Source: Mobula hypostoma
Taxonomy: Eukaryota
Direction: 5' to 3'
Length of the DNA stretch: 64,000 nt
NCBI RefSeq assembly: GCF_963921235.1
Contig: NC_086097.1
Location: forward strand, 187,552,001-187,616,000
Shown: positions 1 through 13,540 of the stretch, one piece after another
Position numbering within the stretch: the first letter of the stretch is position 1
Layout: each line of letters opens with the position of its first letter
Position numbers and translations under genes: made by a program
Notes under the pieces: generated by a model
The model's database searches: none
What the model was told of the DNA's origin: nothing
Seen by the model: only the letters and a program-made list of their open reading frames with translations

Positions 1-1419
1 GAACTTGCTTTAGAATGTGCATCCATCATTTTCATTTGAGAAATTTCGATAAATAAAAACAAAAAATAATTATGCCTTTCCAAATATTACTGCACCCCAA
101 AGGGCAATACTTGTAATTCCGTGTATTTGTGAAGATTAAAAATATAATCTGCAATGGTGAAATCTAACACATTCCACAATGACTAATATATACTGTAGTA
201 TGCCAAATAGTATGACAATTTATGGAAATGTTAGTGTGAAATGGACAGTGGCTGTCTGTGTCGTTACCAAACAACATATAAATGCAAAAGTCAGGAAATA
301 AAAATAGAAAATGGTTAGAATTAAATTTATATCTGTGAAGAAATGAAATTTAAAGAGCAAGATACCAAGAAGAATCAAATGCAAAATTTTGTATAAAATC
401 AATAAAATCTAAATAAACTTTCAGATGAATATTAGCATAATTATTATGTTTCAAAATAATTTGTTGTTTCTGGATGATGAGAAATATCACAGCTATCTAC
501 TTGGAAACTATTTTGTGGTTCCCAGTCACAGTTACAATACCTATAACATAAACTAGTATCATGAAAGTAAAAGCAGAAATGAGTTATGCAAACAAAGCTT
601 TGCACCTGAAAATATATTTGATGTGCCACTTTTACTAATACAATATTAGATTTATTCCCATATGTCTTTCATACAAAATTGTCTCTGCCCATAATTCCAC
701 ATGGCATAAACTTTGTTGAAAAAATGAAAGCCAATAGAATGAAATGATTTAAAAAATCAGAATATTAAATGTGCATTATACTGCAATTATTTCAATCATG
801 TCTTCATAACTCTCAAGCAATAACTTTGATTTAATGATCTTCATTCATGTCACTATTATTAATCTGGTGTTATGCTCAATGACATTTGAAGTGACATACA
901 TTTTGGCAATCAGATCTTTTTAGTCTTGCGTATTATTACTGACCTAACCATAAGACAGGAAAAATGGTATGAGAGTCACACTGTTACAATAACATTAAAC
1001 TTGTGTACTTCTAGAGCTTCAGTTGAAGTTCTGGTACAGGCTTTCAGCCAAAAGATGCTAATAATTACAGTTTTTTACCAAATTACATTTTAAAAAATGT
1101 TATTTAAAACTAGGAGACAAAACCCCATCTGAAATTATAACCCACCTTTGGGTAAGTCCCTCTCCGTAGAGGAAGGAATTTTCCAAACAGAAAATTTTAC
1201 TGAAATGCAGATGTGAGTAAGAATATAATCACAGATATTCTCTTCAAAAGCAATGACCGGATGACCTGCTTCTGTAATGAATCTTGGATGTTATTGTGCT
1301 TGAAGAGAAAAATCTGAAACTGTGTTAGCAATTACATTCTATTCATTCCTCTTTGAATAGTTCCTTATTTAAATGTATTAGCATGACAATCTATAAATAT
1401 AAATATCTATAAATATTAG

Positions 1420-2348
1420 CACACCATCTATAAACTTGCTGGTGATAAAACCACTGTTGGTAGAATCTCAGGTGGTGACGAGAGGGTGTACAAGAGTGAG
1501 ATATGTCTACTAGTGGAATGGTGCCGCAGCAACAACCTGGCACTCGTCGTCAGTAAGACAAAAGAGCTGAATGTGGACTTCAGGAAGAGTAAGATGAAGG
1601 ACACATACCAATCCTCACAGAGGGATCAGAAGTGGAGAGACTGAGCAGCTTCAAGTTCCTCGGTGTCAAGATCTCAGAGGATCTAACCTGGTCCCAACAT
1701 ATCGATGTAGTCATAAAGAAGGCAAGACAGCGGCTATACTTTATTAGGAATTTGAAGAGATTTGACATGTCAACAAATACACTCAAAAACTTCTATAGCT
1801 GTACCGTGGAGAGCATTCTGACAGACTGCATCATTGTCTGCTTATGGGGGTGAGGGGCTACTGCATAGGACAGAAAGAAGCTGCAGAAGGTTGTAAATCT
1901 AGTCAGTTCCATCTTGGGCACTAGTCTACAAAGTACCCAGGACATCTTTAGGGGGTGGTGTCTCAGAAAGGCATTATTAAGGACCTCCAGCACCCAGGGC
2001 ATGCCCTTTTCTCACTGTTACCGTCAGGTAGGAGATACAGAAGCCTGAAGGCACACACTCAGCGATTCAGGAACAGCTTCTTCCCATATGCCATCCATTC
2101 CTAAATGGACTTTGAAGCTTTGGACACTATCTCACTTTTTTTAATATGCAGTATTTCTGTTTTTGCACATTTTTAAAATCTATTCAACAAACATAATTGA
2201 CTTACTTGTTTATTTATTGTTTCATTTTATTTATTATTATTATTTTCTCTCTCTGCTAGATTATGTATTGCATTGAACTGCTGCTGCTAAGTTAACAAAT
2301 TTCACGTCACATGTCAGTGATAATAAACCTGATTCTGATTCTGATTCT
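1420..2348 (+). mobile_element. Rex1/Babar-clade LINE, 5'-truncated, decayed
   Basis: RT C-terminal peptides (ERLSSFKFLGVKISEDLTWSQH...KKARQRLYFIRNLKRF...VESILT); AATAAA followed by (GATTCT)n tail; close match to the copy at 47227-48142. Confidence 0.9.
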
Positions 2349-2489
2349 AATTCTAATCTTTTTTTTCCCTTCCTCATTTGCTTGGCCAACCTCTCCTTTA
2401 ATGCATCTATAAGATTGACTCAACTACTCACTATGTTAGTGAGTTGCACGTTCTCAGTACTCTTTGGGTACCAGGGACACAAGAGGCTG

Positions 2490-2712
2490 CAGACTCTAGA
2501 ATCTGGAACAACACACAAAAAACTGGAAGAACTCAGCCGATCAGGCAGCGTCAATGGAGGGAAATGGGCGTTCAATGTTTTGGGTCAAGACCCCTCATCT
2601 GGACTGATTTGGACCAGATGAAGTGCCTCACGCTGAAGTGTCAACTGCCTACTTCCCTCCATAGATGCTGGCTGGCCTATGGAATTCCTCCAGCTTTGTT
2701 TGTGTTATACTT
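2490..2712. mobile_element. Fold-back (inverted pair) of Penelope-like terminal repeats (pLTR), diverged
   Basis: ~100-bp imperfect inverted arms (ctggaagaactcagc...atggagggaa / ttccctccatagatgctg...ttcctccagc) centred near 2610; same family as 23359-23540. Confidence 0.75.
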
Positions 2713-4114
2713 TAGGCAATGAACTATCTTCTGAATTCCCATCTGGATTTTTACTGACCACCATATCTTGATAACCACTAGTTATTATTTAAAAATACAA
2801 GGACACAATCCATTTCGAGCATTAGTTTCTCCTTTTTGAATTAATTTATCTTCTATATTTCTTTTCCAATTTTAAATGTCAATATTCATCTCAGCATCCA
2901 TAGCATGTTCATCTGTCTATAAAAGGTTAATGTACTGAGACCCAGAGCTTGCTTTGTTCATTGACACAACCTGGGCCAGCACTTTAATATAGTAAATAAC
3001 ACACTATTTCGCCTGCCAAAGTGTACTATCTTGCAATTGTGTGTTCATTAACTTTTTTATTGCTTTCCCTTTTGTTTCTATTAATCTTTTCCTTATAGAT
3101 ACAGTCCTTTTTTTCTAAGCTGCAAGTATTTTATACTGAATAGATATTGCCATTCCACCAACCCTCTTTCCCTCACTTTCTTTCTTAACTACTTTGTTCT
3201 GAGATTTCTGCAGCCAAGGCTCAATCCTTCTGATCATGTCTAGTTCCTTCAACACAGGATTGCCTCCTGCTTCCCTGTTTATTTTGAAAACTCTGTGCAT
3301 TGATATGCAGATAATTCAACCCATTTTTATCAGCATTTCCTCACACCATCTTTTTGGTCTCCTGTTCTGTAATGTTATTCACTCCCTTTCCTTCAAACTT
3401 GCTCTTATATTGTGGTCCTCTTGAAATGAATGCTAACATTGCATTTGCCTTCCTCACCACTGACTCTGCCTGCAAGCTAACATTTAGTGAACCCTGCACA
3501 ACTCCCAAGTTCCTTTGCACCTCTGATTTTTGCATTTTCTCCCCATTTAGAAAACAGTCTACTCCTTTGTTCCTTCTACCAAAGTGCATGATCATATATT
3601 CCTTACACTATATTCCATCTGCCACTTCCTTGCCCATTCTACCAATCGAAATCCTACTACAGACTCTCTGCTTCCTCAACGCTACTGTTCCCTCCTCTTA
3701 TCTTCGTATCATCTGCAAACTTGGTCACAAAGCAATCAACTCTGTCATCCAAATCATTGACATATAATGTAAAAAGCAGTCCCAACACTGACCCCTGAGG
3801 AACACCACCAGTCACTGGCAGCTAAACAGAAAAGTCCCCATGTATTTGCACTATTTGCCTCCTGCCAGTCAGGCAATCTTCTATCCATGCTAGTATCTTC
3901 CATGTAATACCTAAGGCTCTCAGCTTGTTAAGCAGCCTCATGTGCAGCACCTTGTCCAAGGCCTACTGAGAATCAAAGTAAACGACATCCACTGACTCTC
4001 CGTTGTCTATCGTACCTGTTACTTTCTCAGAGATTTCCAAATAATGTGTCAGGCAAATTTCCTCTTAAAGAAGCCAAGCTGACTTTGGCCTATTTTATCA
4101 GGCCGAGACTATTC

Positions 4115-4256
4115 TGCAGTCCTGCCAAAGGGTCTTGGGTAGAAATGTCAACTGTACTCTTTTCCATAGATGCTGCCTGGCCTGCTGAGTTCCTCCAGCA
4201 TTTCGTGTGTGTTGTTTGAATTTCTAGTATCTGCCAATTCTCTTTTGTATGTGATT
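4115..4256 (+). mobile_element. Penelope-like pLTR copy with degenerate hammerhead core
   Basis: cagtcctgccaaagggtcttgggtagaaatgtcaactg...ccatagatgctgcctggcctgctgagttcctccagca, homologous to 23406-23540. Confidence 0.75.
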
Positions 4257-5080
4257 CAGAGGCCAGTATATAACTCCCATTAGGGTCATTTTACCCTTGC
4301 AATTTCTGAACTCCACCCACCAGGATTCTGTGTCATTCCATTCTATGTCACCTCTCTGTAAGTATTTGATTTCATCTTTTACCAACAGAACCACTCACCC
4401 TCTCTGCCTATGTGCCTGTCTTTTCAGTACAAGATGTATTCTTAGATGTTAAGCTATGATCTCCTTTCAGCATGCAATCTCTAACTGCATTGCAAGATCA
4501 ACTACCTTATTCCCTATACTGTGTGCATTCAAATATAACATTTTCAGCCCTGTATTCATCACCCTTTTTGGTTTGCCCCCATGTTACACTTCAACTCATC
4601 CCACTGACTGCAAGCTCGCCCTATCAGCTGCCTGTCCTTCCTCATAGTCTCACTGCACACTGCATCTACTTGTATACCAACTGACCAAACCTTGGACCTA
4701 TCATTCTAGTCCCCATCCTCCCACCAAATTGCTTTAAACCCTTCCTAGTAGCAAGGATTTTGATCCCCTTTGGGTTCTGATGCCAACCTTCTTTTTTGTA
4801 CAGATCATAACTTCCGCAGAAGAGACCCTAATGATCCAAATAACTGAAGCCCTGCTCTCTACACCAATCCTTCAGCCACATATTCATCTGCCAAATTATC
4901 TTATTCTTACCCTCACTGGTGCATGACACAGACAGCAATCCACAGATTACAAGCCTAGAGATCCTGCTTTATAGCTCTCTACCTAACTCCCTATATTCCC
5001 TCTTCAAGACCTTCTCCCTTTTCTTAGCTATGTTGTTAGTACCAACATGTTTCACGACTTCTGGCTGCTCACCCTCCCCC

Positions 5081-5480
5081 TGTCATGGTTCCGTTTGGTT
5101 GTTCCCCTTTAACGCTCCTTTCTCCCTGATTATGCCCTAATGTCGGCCATTAGATTTCCAATTACTGCTAGTTTACTTAATTATGATACACCTGGTTTGC
5201 ATCAGAGACTGTGAAATAAGTACAATGGGGTCACTACGCAGGTTGCCAGTTTGTTGGTCTATTCTTGTGTGATACTTTGTACTCTTGTCCGCTTAGAACT
5301 GTTAGTTCTAAGTTTAGTTCCAAGTTCTACTCTAGTTTCAAGATAGTCCCTGTAGATCCTGTCTCCTTGTCAAGATTCCTCCAGTTTGCTGTTCTACATT
5401 CACGTCGACGCCAGCATCCCCAACTCAGTTGACGTGCTGGTGTCCTGCACTTGGGTTCTCCTCAGTCGCCCTGTGCAACA
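5081..5480. mobile_element. Solo LTR (400 bp) inserted in CR1 ORF1
   Basis: TG...CA ends (TGTCATG...GCAACA); CR1 sequence resumes across it; imperfect TSD ccccc/cctcc. Confidence 0.75.
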
Positions 5481-7056
5481 CCTCCTTTAGAATGCTGTCA
5501 ACCCAATCTGAGAAAACCTTGACCCTTGCACCTAGGAGGCAAAATACCATCCAGTTTTCTTTTTCACATCCATAGAACCTCCTCTGCTCTCCTCTGACTA
5601 TGGAATCCCCTCTCCTACTGCAATCCTCTTCTCTCCCTTCCCTTCTGAGGCACAGAGCTAGACTCAATGCCGGTCACTGCAGCTTCTCCATGGTTGTTCA
5701 TCCACCCCACCACCACAACAGTATCCAAGTTGCTGTAATTATTATTGAGGGGAACAACCACAGGAATACCCTGCACTGGTTGACTACGCTCTTTCCCTCT
5801 CCCTCTCCTGACAGTCACCCAGGTATGTTCCTCCTGCAATGTAGGGGTGTGTAACTCCTTATAACTCCCTGTAGCTCCTATCTATCATCTCACTCTCCCA
5901 TATGAGGCAAAGTTCATTAAGCTCCCACTCCAATTTCTTAACACGATATCTAAGGACTCATTCAGATGTAGTTATCAGGGAGACTGGAAGTCTCCCAGTG
6001 TTCCCACATCTCACACAATGAACATACCACGAACTCCGGACTCATTCTCAGTGCACTGGTTTTGTGCTAATAGACTAAGAAAGAGATACAAAAAGCTTAC
6101 TATAAACTTACCTGGAACCTCTGCCTGTGCTTGCCGAAGCTTGTTCTCACCAGACTATGTTGAGTTAAAGTCTCCAGTTCTAATGGCCCACTTCAGCAGC
6201 GGCTGCTCTGCTTCCACTTTGCTTCTTTTTATTGGCTCAAATAAAACCACTCATGAAATGACTTGTTCTTTTCAAATGGCTCCCACCTTGGAATGTTTTC
6301 CCCCTCACGTGGATCTATGGAGGGAAATGAAAAACCAACATTTTGGGTCATACTTTTTAATCAGTATTGGGGAAGCTGTGGAGCAAAAGCTTCATTGAAG
6401 AGAAGAGGAAAGCATCTTCAAAGTAAGCATACCACAAAGAGAATTTACAGTAGAGCTCATTGGAGAGAGAAGTTTCTGTTGTGCGGTTTCAAGATCACAA
6501 TTACATTTACTCCCTCCTCTCCTGGGTTTTTCTTCAGCTTTTCTGAAATATCCCTTACCCTAGTACAAGCAAGACAATGCGGCATCTTTCCAAGGATTCA
6601 AATCTTACCCACCTTGTTCATGATGGGTTTGATTGCCTGTTCTTACTATTAAAAATCAACAGAGTATAAGGAAAGGCCTGTTTTTCTCATCTATGTTAAA
6701 ATCTGTCACCTCTCACACCCAACTATGTCACAAATCATGGACTTCCTGCTCTCTAAAACCTAGTTTGTTTTTACCTTGCTATGTACGGTATATTTTCCTT
6801 AGCAGAGAAATGCAAGAAAGTATCTCAAAAAGAAGTATGGAATGGAAAACTGCAGTTCTATTGAAAAACACAGAATGACAGAAAATAAAAATGAAACAAG
6901 CCTGACTGGAAAGAAACTGACTCCAGAGTGAAAGACTGGTAGGTAAGTTGAGGCAGAATCTGAAGTTTATCCTATTACTGTACACTTTTCTAACTCTTAA
7001 CATAATGTAGCCATCTTTATCAAATTTCATGTTCTCAATATTTATTTCTTACTATA

Positions 7057-7320
7057 ATAGTGTAGTGGTTAGCACAACACTTTACAGTACTAGCATCACA
7101 GGTTCTATTCCCGCCACTACCTGTAAGCAGCTTGTATGTTCTCCCGGTGACCGCATGGTTTTCCTCCAGGTACTTTTGTTTCTTCCCTCAGCCCAAAGAT
7201 GTACCGATTGGCCGGTTACTGTAAAATTGTCCCATGATTAGGCTAGGATTAAATCGGGGAATTACAGGGCAGTGCAGCTCCAAGGGCTGGAAAGGCTTGT
7301 TCCATGCTGTATCTCAAAAA
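7057..7320 (+). mobile_element. tRNA-derived V-SINE (HE1-like)
   Basis: A-box-like tagtgtagtggttagc, B-box-like ggttctattcc, V-domain-like gtatgttctccc...tttcctccagg; paralog at 51741-52020. Confidence 0.8.
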
Positions 7321-7364
7321 GTAAATGTATGTTCCTCTTTCTGATCTCTGTCTTTCAATACAGG

Positions 7365-7990
7365 AGTCCACAGCTAGATGAGTCTGAGTGGGATGAAGAG
7401 TTAAAGTGACTGGCTACAGGGGGCTTCTGCAGACTGAATAGAGATACTCTGCAACCTTATCATCCAAACTATGATTGATTTCTTTACTATAGAGGAGACC
7501 ACATTGTGAGCACTGAATACTGAACCAAACGTGGTGCAAGTGAACTGTTGCTCCAACTAGAAAAGTCGTTTGGATTCTGCATGATGTGAAGGAAAAGGCT
7601 GAAGGGAGCTGTGTCTCCTTCATTTACGTGGATAAAGGCTGTAAGATGGGGGCATGGAAGTATCACCAGCAAGTTATGAAGGGAAGCATCTCTTTGATAT
7701 ATTTTGAAGGAGTGAATAGAATATATGGTGTTGGGAGTTGACAGAAGCTTTAAAAAAAATGACCTTCAAATGTGTAGGTTAAGCATGCGGAAAGAGAGGA
7801 CCAGGGAATTTTGCCCTTGAAAATCAAAATATCTGCATTTACTGGTGTTCTAAATTACAATAAAATTAGAAACACAGACAAAAAGAAAGCACTCATGAGA
7901 TAAGACAAAGTCTGTGGAAAGAGAAACAGATTTTACATTTTAGGTTCAAGACCCTTCTTCAGAACTGGAAAAGAGAGACTGTTAGTCTTC
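7365..7990 (-). mobile_element. Penelope-like element fragment (GIY-YIG endonuclease remnant) with adjacent pLTR remnant
   Basis: Minus peptide IQCSQCGLLYSKEINHSLDDKVAEYLYSV resembles the PLE C-x-x-C-x-x-x-Y-I-G-E...R..EH region; pLTR-like sequence 7860-7975. Confidence 0.65.
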
Positions 7991-7995
7991 AGTGC

Positions 7996-8250
7996 AAGTT
8001 CAAGTTTAATTACCATTCAACCACATGTGAATACCCATGAATACAGTCAAACTAAGCAGCATTACTCCAGGGCCAAAGTGCAAACACAGTTCCAACAGCC
8101 GCATGCTGCACAGGGCACATGTAACATCAGTAAAATACAGTTGCACAAAAAAAAAAGTCCAAGACCCTAAGTCCATGAATGTTTCAGTAATCTGCAGTCA
8201 AACGTAATACAGTTTTTCTTCAGCTGAGGCAACACTGGGGGGAGGATAGC
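7996..8250 (-). mobile_element. Rex1/Babar-type LINE 3' UTR fragment
   Basis: Reverse-complement (CTTGAA)n-type tail caagttcaagttt followed by 3'UTR-like sequence. Confidence 0.45.
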
Positions 8251-8475
8251 ATCGACTCCAGCTTGTAGCAGAGAAGTTTGGGGACAGATGGTTAGAAGAA
8301 ATCGTATATCTTTATACAGTGAGACCAATGCATTAACACTGCAGTTTCATGCACTTCATTATCTGCAGCAAATAATATGGCTGTGTGACATACCCAGCAG
8401 ATCAGCAGAACACTTTCCCTGATCTCTCCTGGAGGAGAGAGGGTGAACGTAGACGTATGACAAATAGATGAGGTG

Positions 8476-9090
8476 TTCAAAGTTCAGAAGTTCGAAGTAC
8501 ATATATGTCACCATATACAACCCTGAGATTGATTTTTTTGCAGGCATACTCAATAAATCCATAGTAGAATAATAACCATATTAGAATCAATGGAAGACTG
8601 CACCAACTTGTTCAACCAGTGAGCGAAGGACAACAAACTGTCCAAATACAATAAGAAAGAAATCATAATAATAAATAAGTAAGCAATTAATATTGAGAAG
8701 ATGAGATGAAGAGTTCTTGGAAGAGAATCCATGGGTTGTAGGAACATTTCAATGATGGGGCAAGTGAAGTTAAGTGGAGTTATCCTCGATGGTTGAGGGG
8801 TGATAACTGTTCCTGAACTTGGTGGTGCAAGTCCTGAGGCTCCTCTATCTTCTTCCTGATGGCAGCAGCAAGACAAGAGAATGTCCTTGGTGGTGGAGGT
8901 GCTTGATAACAGATACTGCTTTCCTGCAACAATGCTCCATGTAGATGTGCTCAATGGTGGGGATGGCTTTACCAATGATGGACTGGGCTGTATTCACTAC
9001 TTTTTGTAGTTCAAGTGCATTTCCATATCAGGTTCTGATGCAGACAGTCAATATGCTCTCCACCACACATCCATAGAAGTTTGTCAATGG
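8476..9090 (-). mobile_element. Rex1/Babar LINE 3' fragment
   Basis: ttcaaagttcagaagttc tail; homologous to 56071-56720 (RT C-terminus and 3'UTR). Confidence 0.8.
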
Positions 9091-9439
9091 CTGAATTTTA
9101 AACAGCTCAGTAAATGAATGCATACATAAAATAATAGTAGGAAAGTAATACATATTAAAAATACTCAGTATTTCAGACCACGTCAGTGCAAGGGAAATAG
9201 ATAAAACATTTCAGGTTCACAATCATGCCTCATACTAAGAAGGTGATCTTTATTTTGCCTATTAAATTAAAATAAGTGTTATCCACCAGTTATAATTCAT
9301 CTGTTCCAATTTTAATCAGTAGAAATGTATAGTGCCCTGTTGATGCAAAATGAGCAATTTACTTTATTGTCAATGACAAAATTATTCCTGAGCGATACTG
9401 AAGTGATGCAAAACAGATTTGCAAATCCAAAATAAATGC

Positions 9440-10810
9440 AAAATAAATGGAACAGTCCAACACAGGAAAAGGTTCTTTGGCCCACAATATTGCTCAGAAC
9501 CAATTAATTTAGTAATTAAATGTCTAACCTCTTAGTAAAGAAAATGGAAGTAAATGGACATCTAAACAGTATCCATATCTTCCATTATTCTTACATTCAT
9601 GTGCCTATCTAAAAATCTCTTAAAAGTCTCTAATGTATCTGCCTCCACTGCCACCCCATGCAGCACATTACAAGAATTAAATTTCTGTGTAAAAAACTTG
9701 CTTTGAACTTACTCCCTCTCATCTTAAATTCATTCTCTCTGTTTGTACACATTTCAGCCTTGGCAAAAAGATACCGTCTGTCTACCCTATCTATCTCTCT
9801 CATAATCTTATGAACATCTATCAGCTCTCCTCTCAGCCTCCACCACTCCAAAGAAAACAACCCAAGTTTATCCAACCTTTCGTTGTAGCACATGTCCTCT
9901 AATTCAGGGAACGTCCTGGTAAGCCTATTCTCTCTTCAACATCCTTCATATAATGGGGCAAGTATGCAATACTCAAGATGCAGCCTAACTAGAGTTTTAT
10001 AAAGCTGCGATATAATTTTCTGACTTTTGAACTCAATGCCTCAACTAATAAAGCAAGCATACCATATGCCTTTTTAACCACCTTATCAATGTGTGTAGCC
10101 ACTTTCAGGGATCTATGAACTTGGACCCCAAGATCACTCTGGTCATCATCACTGTTACTGTACTTTCCCTGAATGGTGTAGTGTCTATTTATATTTGACC
10201 TATTAAGATGCAACACTTCACATTTGGCTGGGTTGAACTCCATATGCTATTTCTCCACATATATCTGCAACTGATCTAAATCCCACTGTATTCTTTGCCA
10301 GTCTTCTACACTATCTAAAACACCACTAATCTTTGTATTGTCTGCAAACTTACTAATATACCCATTTATATTTTCAGCAGGTCATTTATATACATCATAA
10401 ACAGCAGAGTTCTAGTGTCCCTGCAGAACACTCAAAACTCAAATCTCCAGCTAGAATAAGTCTCTTTGACCACTACCCTCTGTGTTCTATGAGCAATCTA
10501 GTTCTGAATCCAAATGGCTAATTCACCATGGATCCTATGCATCTTAATCTTCTGGATGAGCCTCCCATGAAGGACATTGTCAAATGCCTTACTAAAATCC
10601 ATGTAGATATCCACAGCTCTTACTGTCACCTCGTCAAAAAACCCAATCAAGTTAGAAAAAAATGACTTGCCCTGTGCAAAGCCACGTTGGCTTTTCCTAA
10701 TTAGGCTGTAGCTTTCGAAATGCTCATAAATCCTAAGAATTCTCTCCAGTACCTTTCCTACCACTGATGTGAGAATCACCAATCTATAGTCTCCAGGATT
10801 ATCCCTGGAA
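9440..10810 (-). mobile_element. CR1 LINE, 5'-truncated
   Basis: Minus peptides DNPGDYRLVILTSVVGKVLE, YMDFSKAFD, MEFNPAKCEVLH, YNERLDKLGLFSLE..RLRGELI. Confidence 0.9.
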
Positions 10811-11884
10811 TTTGGCAGTGCACTTGTGAATCGGCACTGTGAGCAGCAGTGGGTTGAGGACGCAGCCCTGGGTGGCACAATGCTCAGCATGATGGAGAAA
10901 GAGATCTTGCTGCCAACTTGGATTGACTGGGGTCTTTCCATCATGAAGTCTAAAATCCTATGAGTCCCAATGACCGCACTGCCAGATTCAGCTCAAACTG
11001 TGTCATCCAGTTCACCGATAATACAACAGTGGCTGGCCTCATCAGCAACAATGCTAAGTTGGCATATAGGGAGGAGGTAGAGAGGTTTGTCAAATGTTGT
11101 GAAAACAATAACACCATTTGTTTCAACATGTCTCAACGTGGACAAAACAAAAGAGGTGATTGTTTACTCCAAGAAGGCACAGATTGACCACTCTCCATTG
11201 CACATCAATGATTCTACCATAGAGTAAAGAGCACAAGGTTCCTTGTGCACATAATGGATGATCTAACCTGGACCCACAGCACCTCCTCACTAGTCAGGAA
11301 GGCACAGCAACATCTATATTTTCTGAGGAGATTGAAGTGTGCAAGCCTCTCTGCCCCCATTCTAACAACTTTCTGCAGGAGCTGCAACACTGTGTGGTAC
11401 GGAAGACCGCAAGACTCTATGGAGCATTGTAAAAACTGCCATGAGCATCATCAAGGTCTCTATTCACCATAATCCGACATTTACTGGGAGTGTTGCAGAC
11501 AGAGATCTCAAAGCATTGTTGAGCATCCCTACCACTCATCCTGCAATCTTTCTGACCCACTGCCATCAGGAAGGAGATACACAAACATTAGGATTAGGAC
11601 TGCCAGACTGCATAACTGCTTCTTCCCTTAAACTATGAGACTAACAGATACCCTACCACTAACAAGGTCTCGTCACCAGGACAGAAGCTGTTTACTGGTT
11701 ACCTATGCTACACACTACATGCATTTTGAATTATATTTTATTAATTTAGTTATGGTAATATTATTAACTTATTTATGAGCTGTGTGTGATTTATATTTTC
11801 TGGGTGCATATGGTCTGAAGGAACGTTGTTTCATTTGGTTGTATATATGTACAATCAGATGACAATAAGCTTGAACTTCAACTT
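10811..11884 (+). mobile_element. Rex1/Babar LINE with inverted 5' segment (10811-10958 minus; ~10968-11884 plus)
   Basis: Minus part encodes ILDFMMERPQSIQVG...QGCVLNPLL; plus part continues NDRTARFSSNCVIQFTDNTTV...KAQQHLYFLRRLK and ends in a (CTTGAA)n-type tail. Confidence 0.8.
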
Positions 11885-11889
11885 AATTC

Positions 11890-12250
11890 CTAAGAAGGGA
11901 GAATTGTTTGGTCACAAGAAGTTATTTGGATAGATACTCTTTGAAGTTTAGGATAGGAGTAATCTTTTCAAAATGTATAGGAACCTACAAAGGCATGAGG
12001 GTGTACATATTGATGTAGGAGAGTCTTGAGTGAGGAAACCTTGTTACAAAATAAGGGGGCAGTCATTTAAATCTGTATAGAAACTTCCTCAGGCAGGGGA
12101 TGGTGAATCTCTGAAATCTCCCACTTTAGATGGTTGTATAGAGAAGATCATTGGAAGTATTTAAAGTGGTAGTTAATTTTTTGAACGATCTAGCAATCTA
12201 GGTCTATGGAGAAGAGATAAACCATGGAGTTGATCAGCCACGGTCATAGA
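11890..12250 (+). mobile_element. Old CR1 3' fragment
   Basis: Diverged CR1 3' motifs (gggatggtgaatctctgaaatctc; atcagccacggtc). Confidence 0.55.
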
Positions 12251-13159
12251 CATAATGATGCTCAATGTCTACTGAGAAAGGGCACAGAGCATAACATTAA
12301 AATCATAAGGTTATGTTAATAAACAAGAATTAGACATCAGAAGGTCAGGCATCATCTGTGGCAATTGCAGTGTGATCAACTATTTTAGGTTTTTATCCCG
12401 TCACAAGCACTGAACTAACTTCAAATTCAAATATGTGTTTCATTGCAGAGAAGGGGCGAGGGGGGAATAGAAGGGAGGGAATATTTGAAGAACTAGAGAA
12501 ACTGAATAATTGCAGGTGACCTGCCAGGAAGATGCAATAGAAGTAGATGAATGAAAATATAGGAGGAGAGAATGAAACTGTTGTAATTATCCTTCTGACT
12601 TGGTACATTTAAGATAATCATTTCTAATCATCTCAGTATTTCCAACAATTTCTGTTTTTATTTCAATTCTTTTTCTTTCTAATTAACAATGTTATTGTCA
12701 GGAAATTTCACACCCACAATGTCTGAGTCATTATATTCAAGATATTCAGGATTGGTTAATGTCATTTCCATACACAAGTGTAAAGGAGAATTAAATAATT
12801 GTTACTCCAGATCTGATGCAGCTCAAAAAAACCACAATAAGATAAAATATCATAATAATAAAAACATGATAAATATAAATACATCAGATATTTTATATAC
12901 AGAGATTGATGATACATGCATAAAGTGACTGTAATTAAGTGGCTTTCACAGGAAATAATAAAGTAGTGGGTGGAGGTGTTGATCAGCATTTCTGCTTGGG
13001 TAAAGTAACTGCTGTTGAGTTTTGTGGTCCTGGTGTGGTTGCTAGGTAGCTTCCTACTGATTGGAAGTGGGACAAACAGCCCATGAGCAGGGTGGGTGGG
13101 ATTCTTCTTGATATTGCTGGCCTTTTTCTGACATCTTTCTATATACAATATATGCCCAT

Positions 13160-13540
13160 CAATAATGTCTTCAAAAGACAATACCTCAAAAAGGTGGTAT
13201 CCATCATTAAGGACCCCATCACCTGGGATATCCCCTTCTTTTCATTGCTGCCATCAAGGAGGAGGTACAGGAGCCTGAAGGCACACACTCAACATTTTAG
13301 GAACAGCTTCTTCCCCACCACCATCAGATTTCTGAATGGACAATCAACTCTTGTACACTACATCACTATCTCTTTTCCGTCTCTTTTGGCACTACTTATT
13401 TAATTTCATATATACAATTTTGACGGTACTTTATAGATTTTTTACTATGTATTGCGATGTACTGCCATCACAAAACAACATAGTTTACAACATCTGCCCG
13501 TGATATTTATAAATTATTTTAAACTTGATTCTGATTCTGA
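13160..13540 (+). mobile_element. Rex1/Babar LINE 3' fragment nested in the element above
   Basis: SIIKDP...FSLLPSRRRYRSLKAHTQHFRNSFFP; (GATTCT)n tail at ~13527-13540. Confidence 0.8.

Larger units (their letters stand above)
3396..6300 (-). mobile_element. CR1 LINE remnant (5'UTR, ORF1 esterase, endonuclease start, RT part), internally deleted and interrupted
   Basis: Minus-strand peptides MHFGRRNK...QRNLGV...RKANAMLAFISRG (RT) and RGDSIVRG...MVFCLLGARV (ORF1 SGNH-like); interrupted by pLTR ~4115-4256 and solo LTR 5081-5480. Confidence 0.85.
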
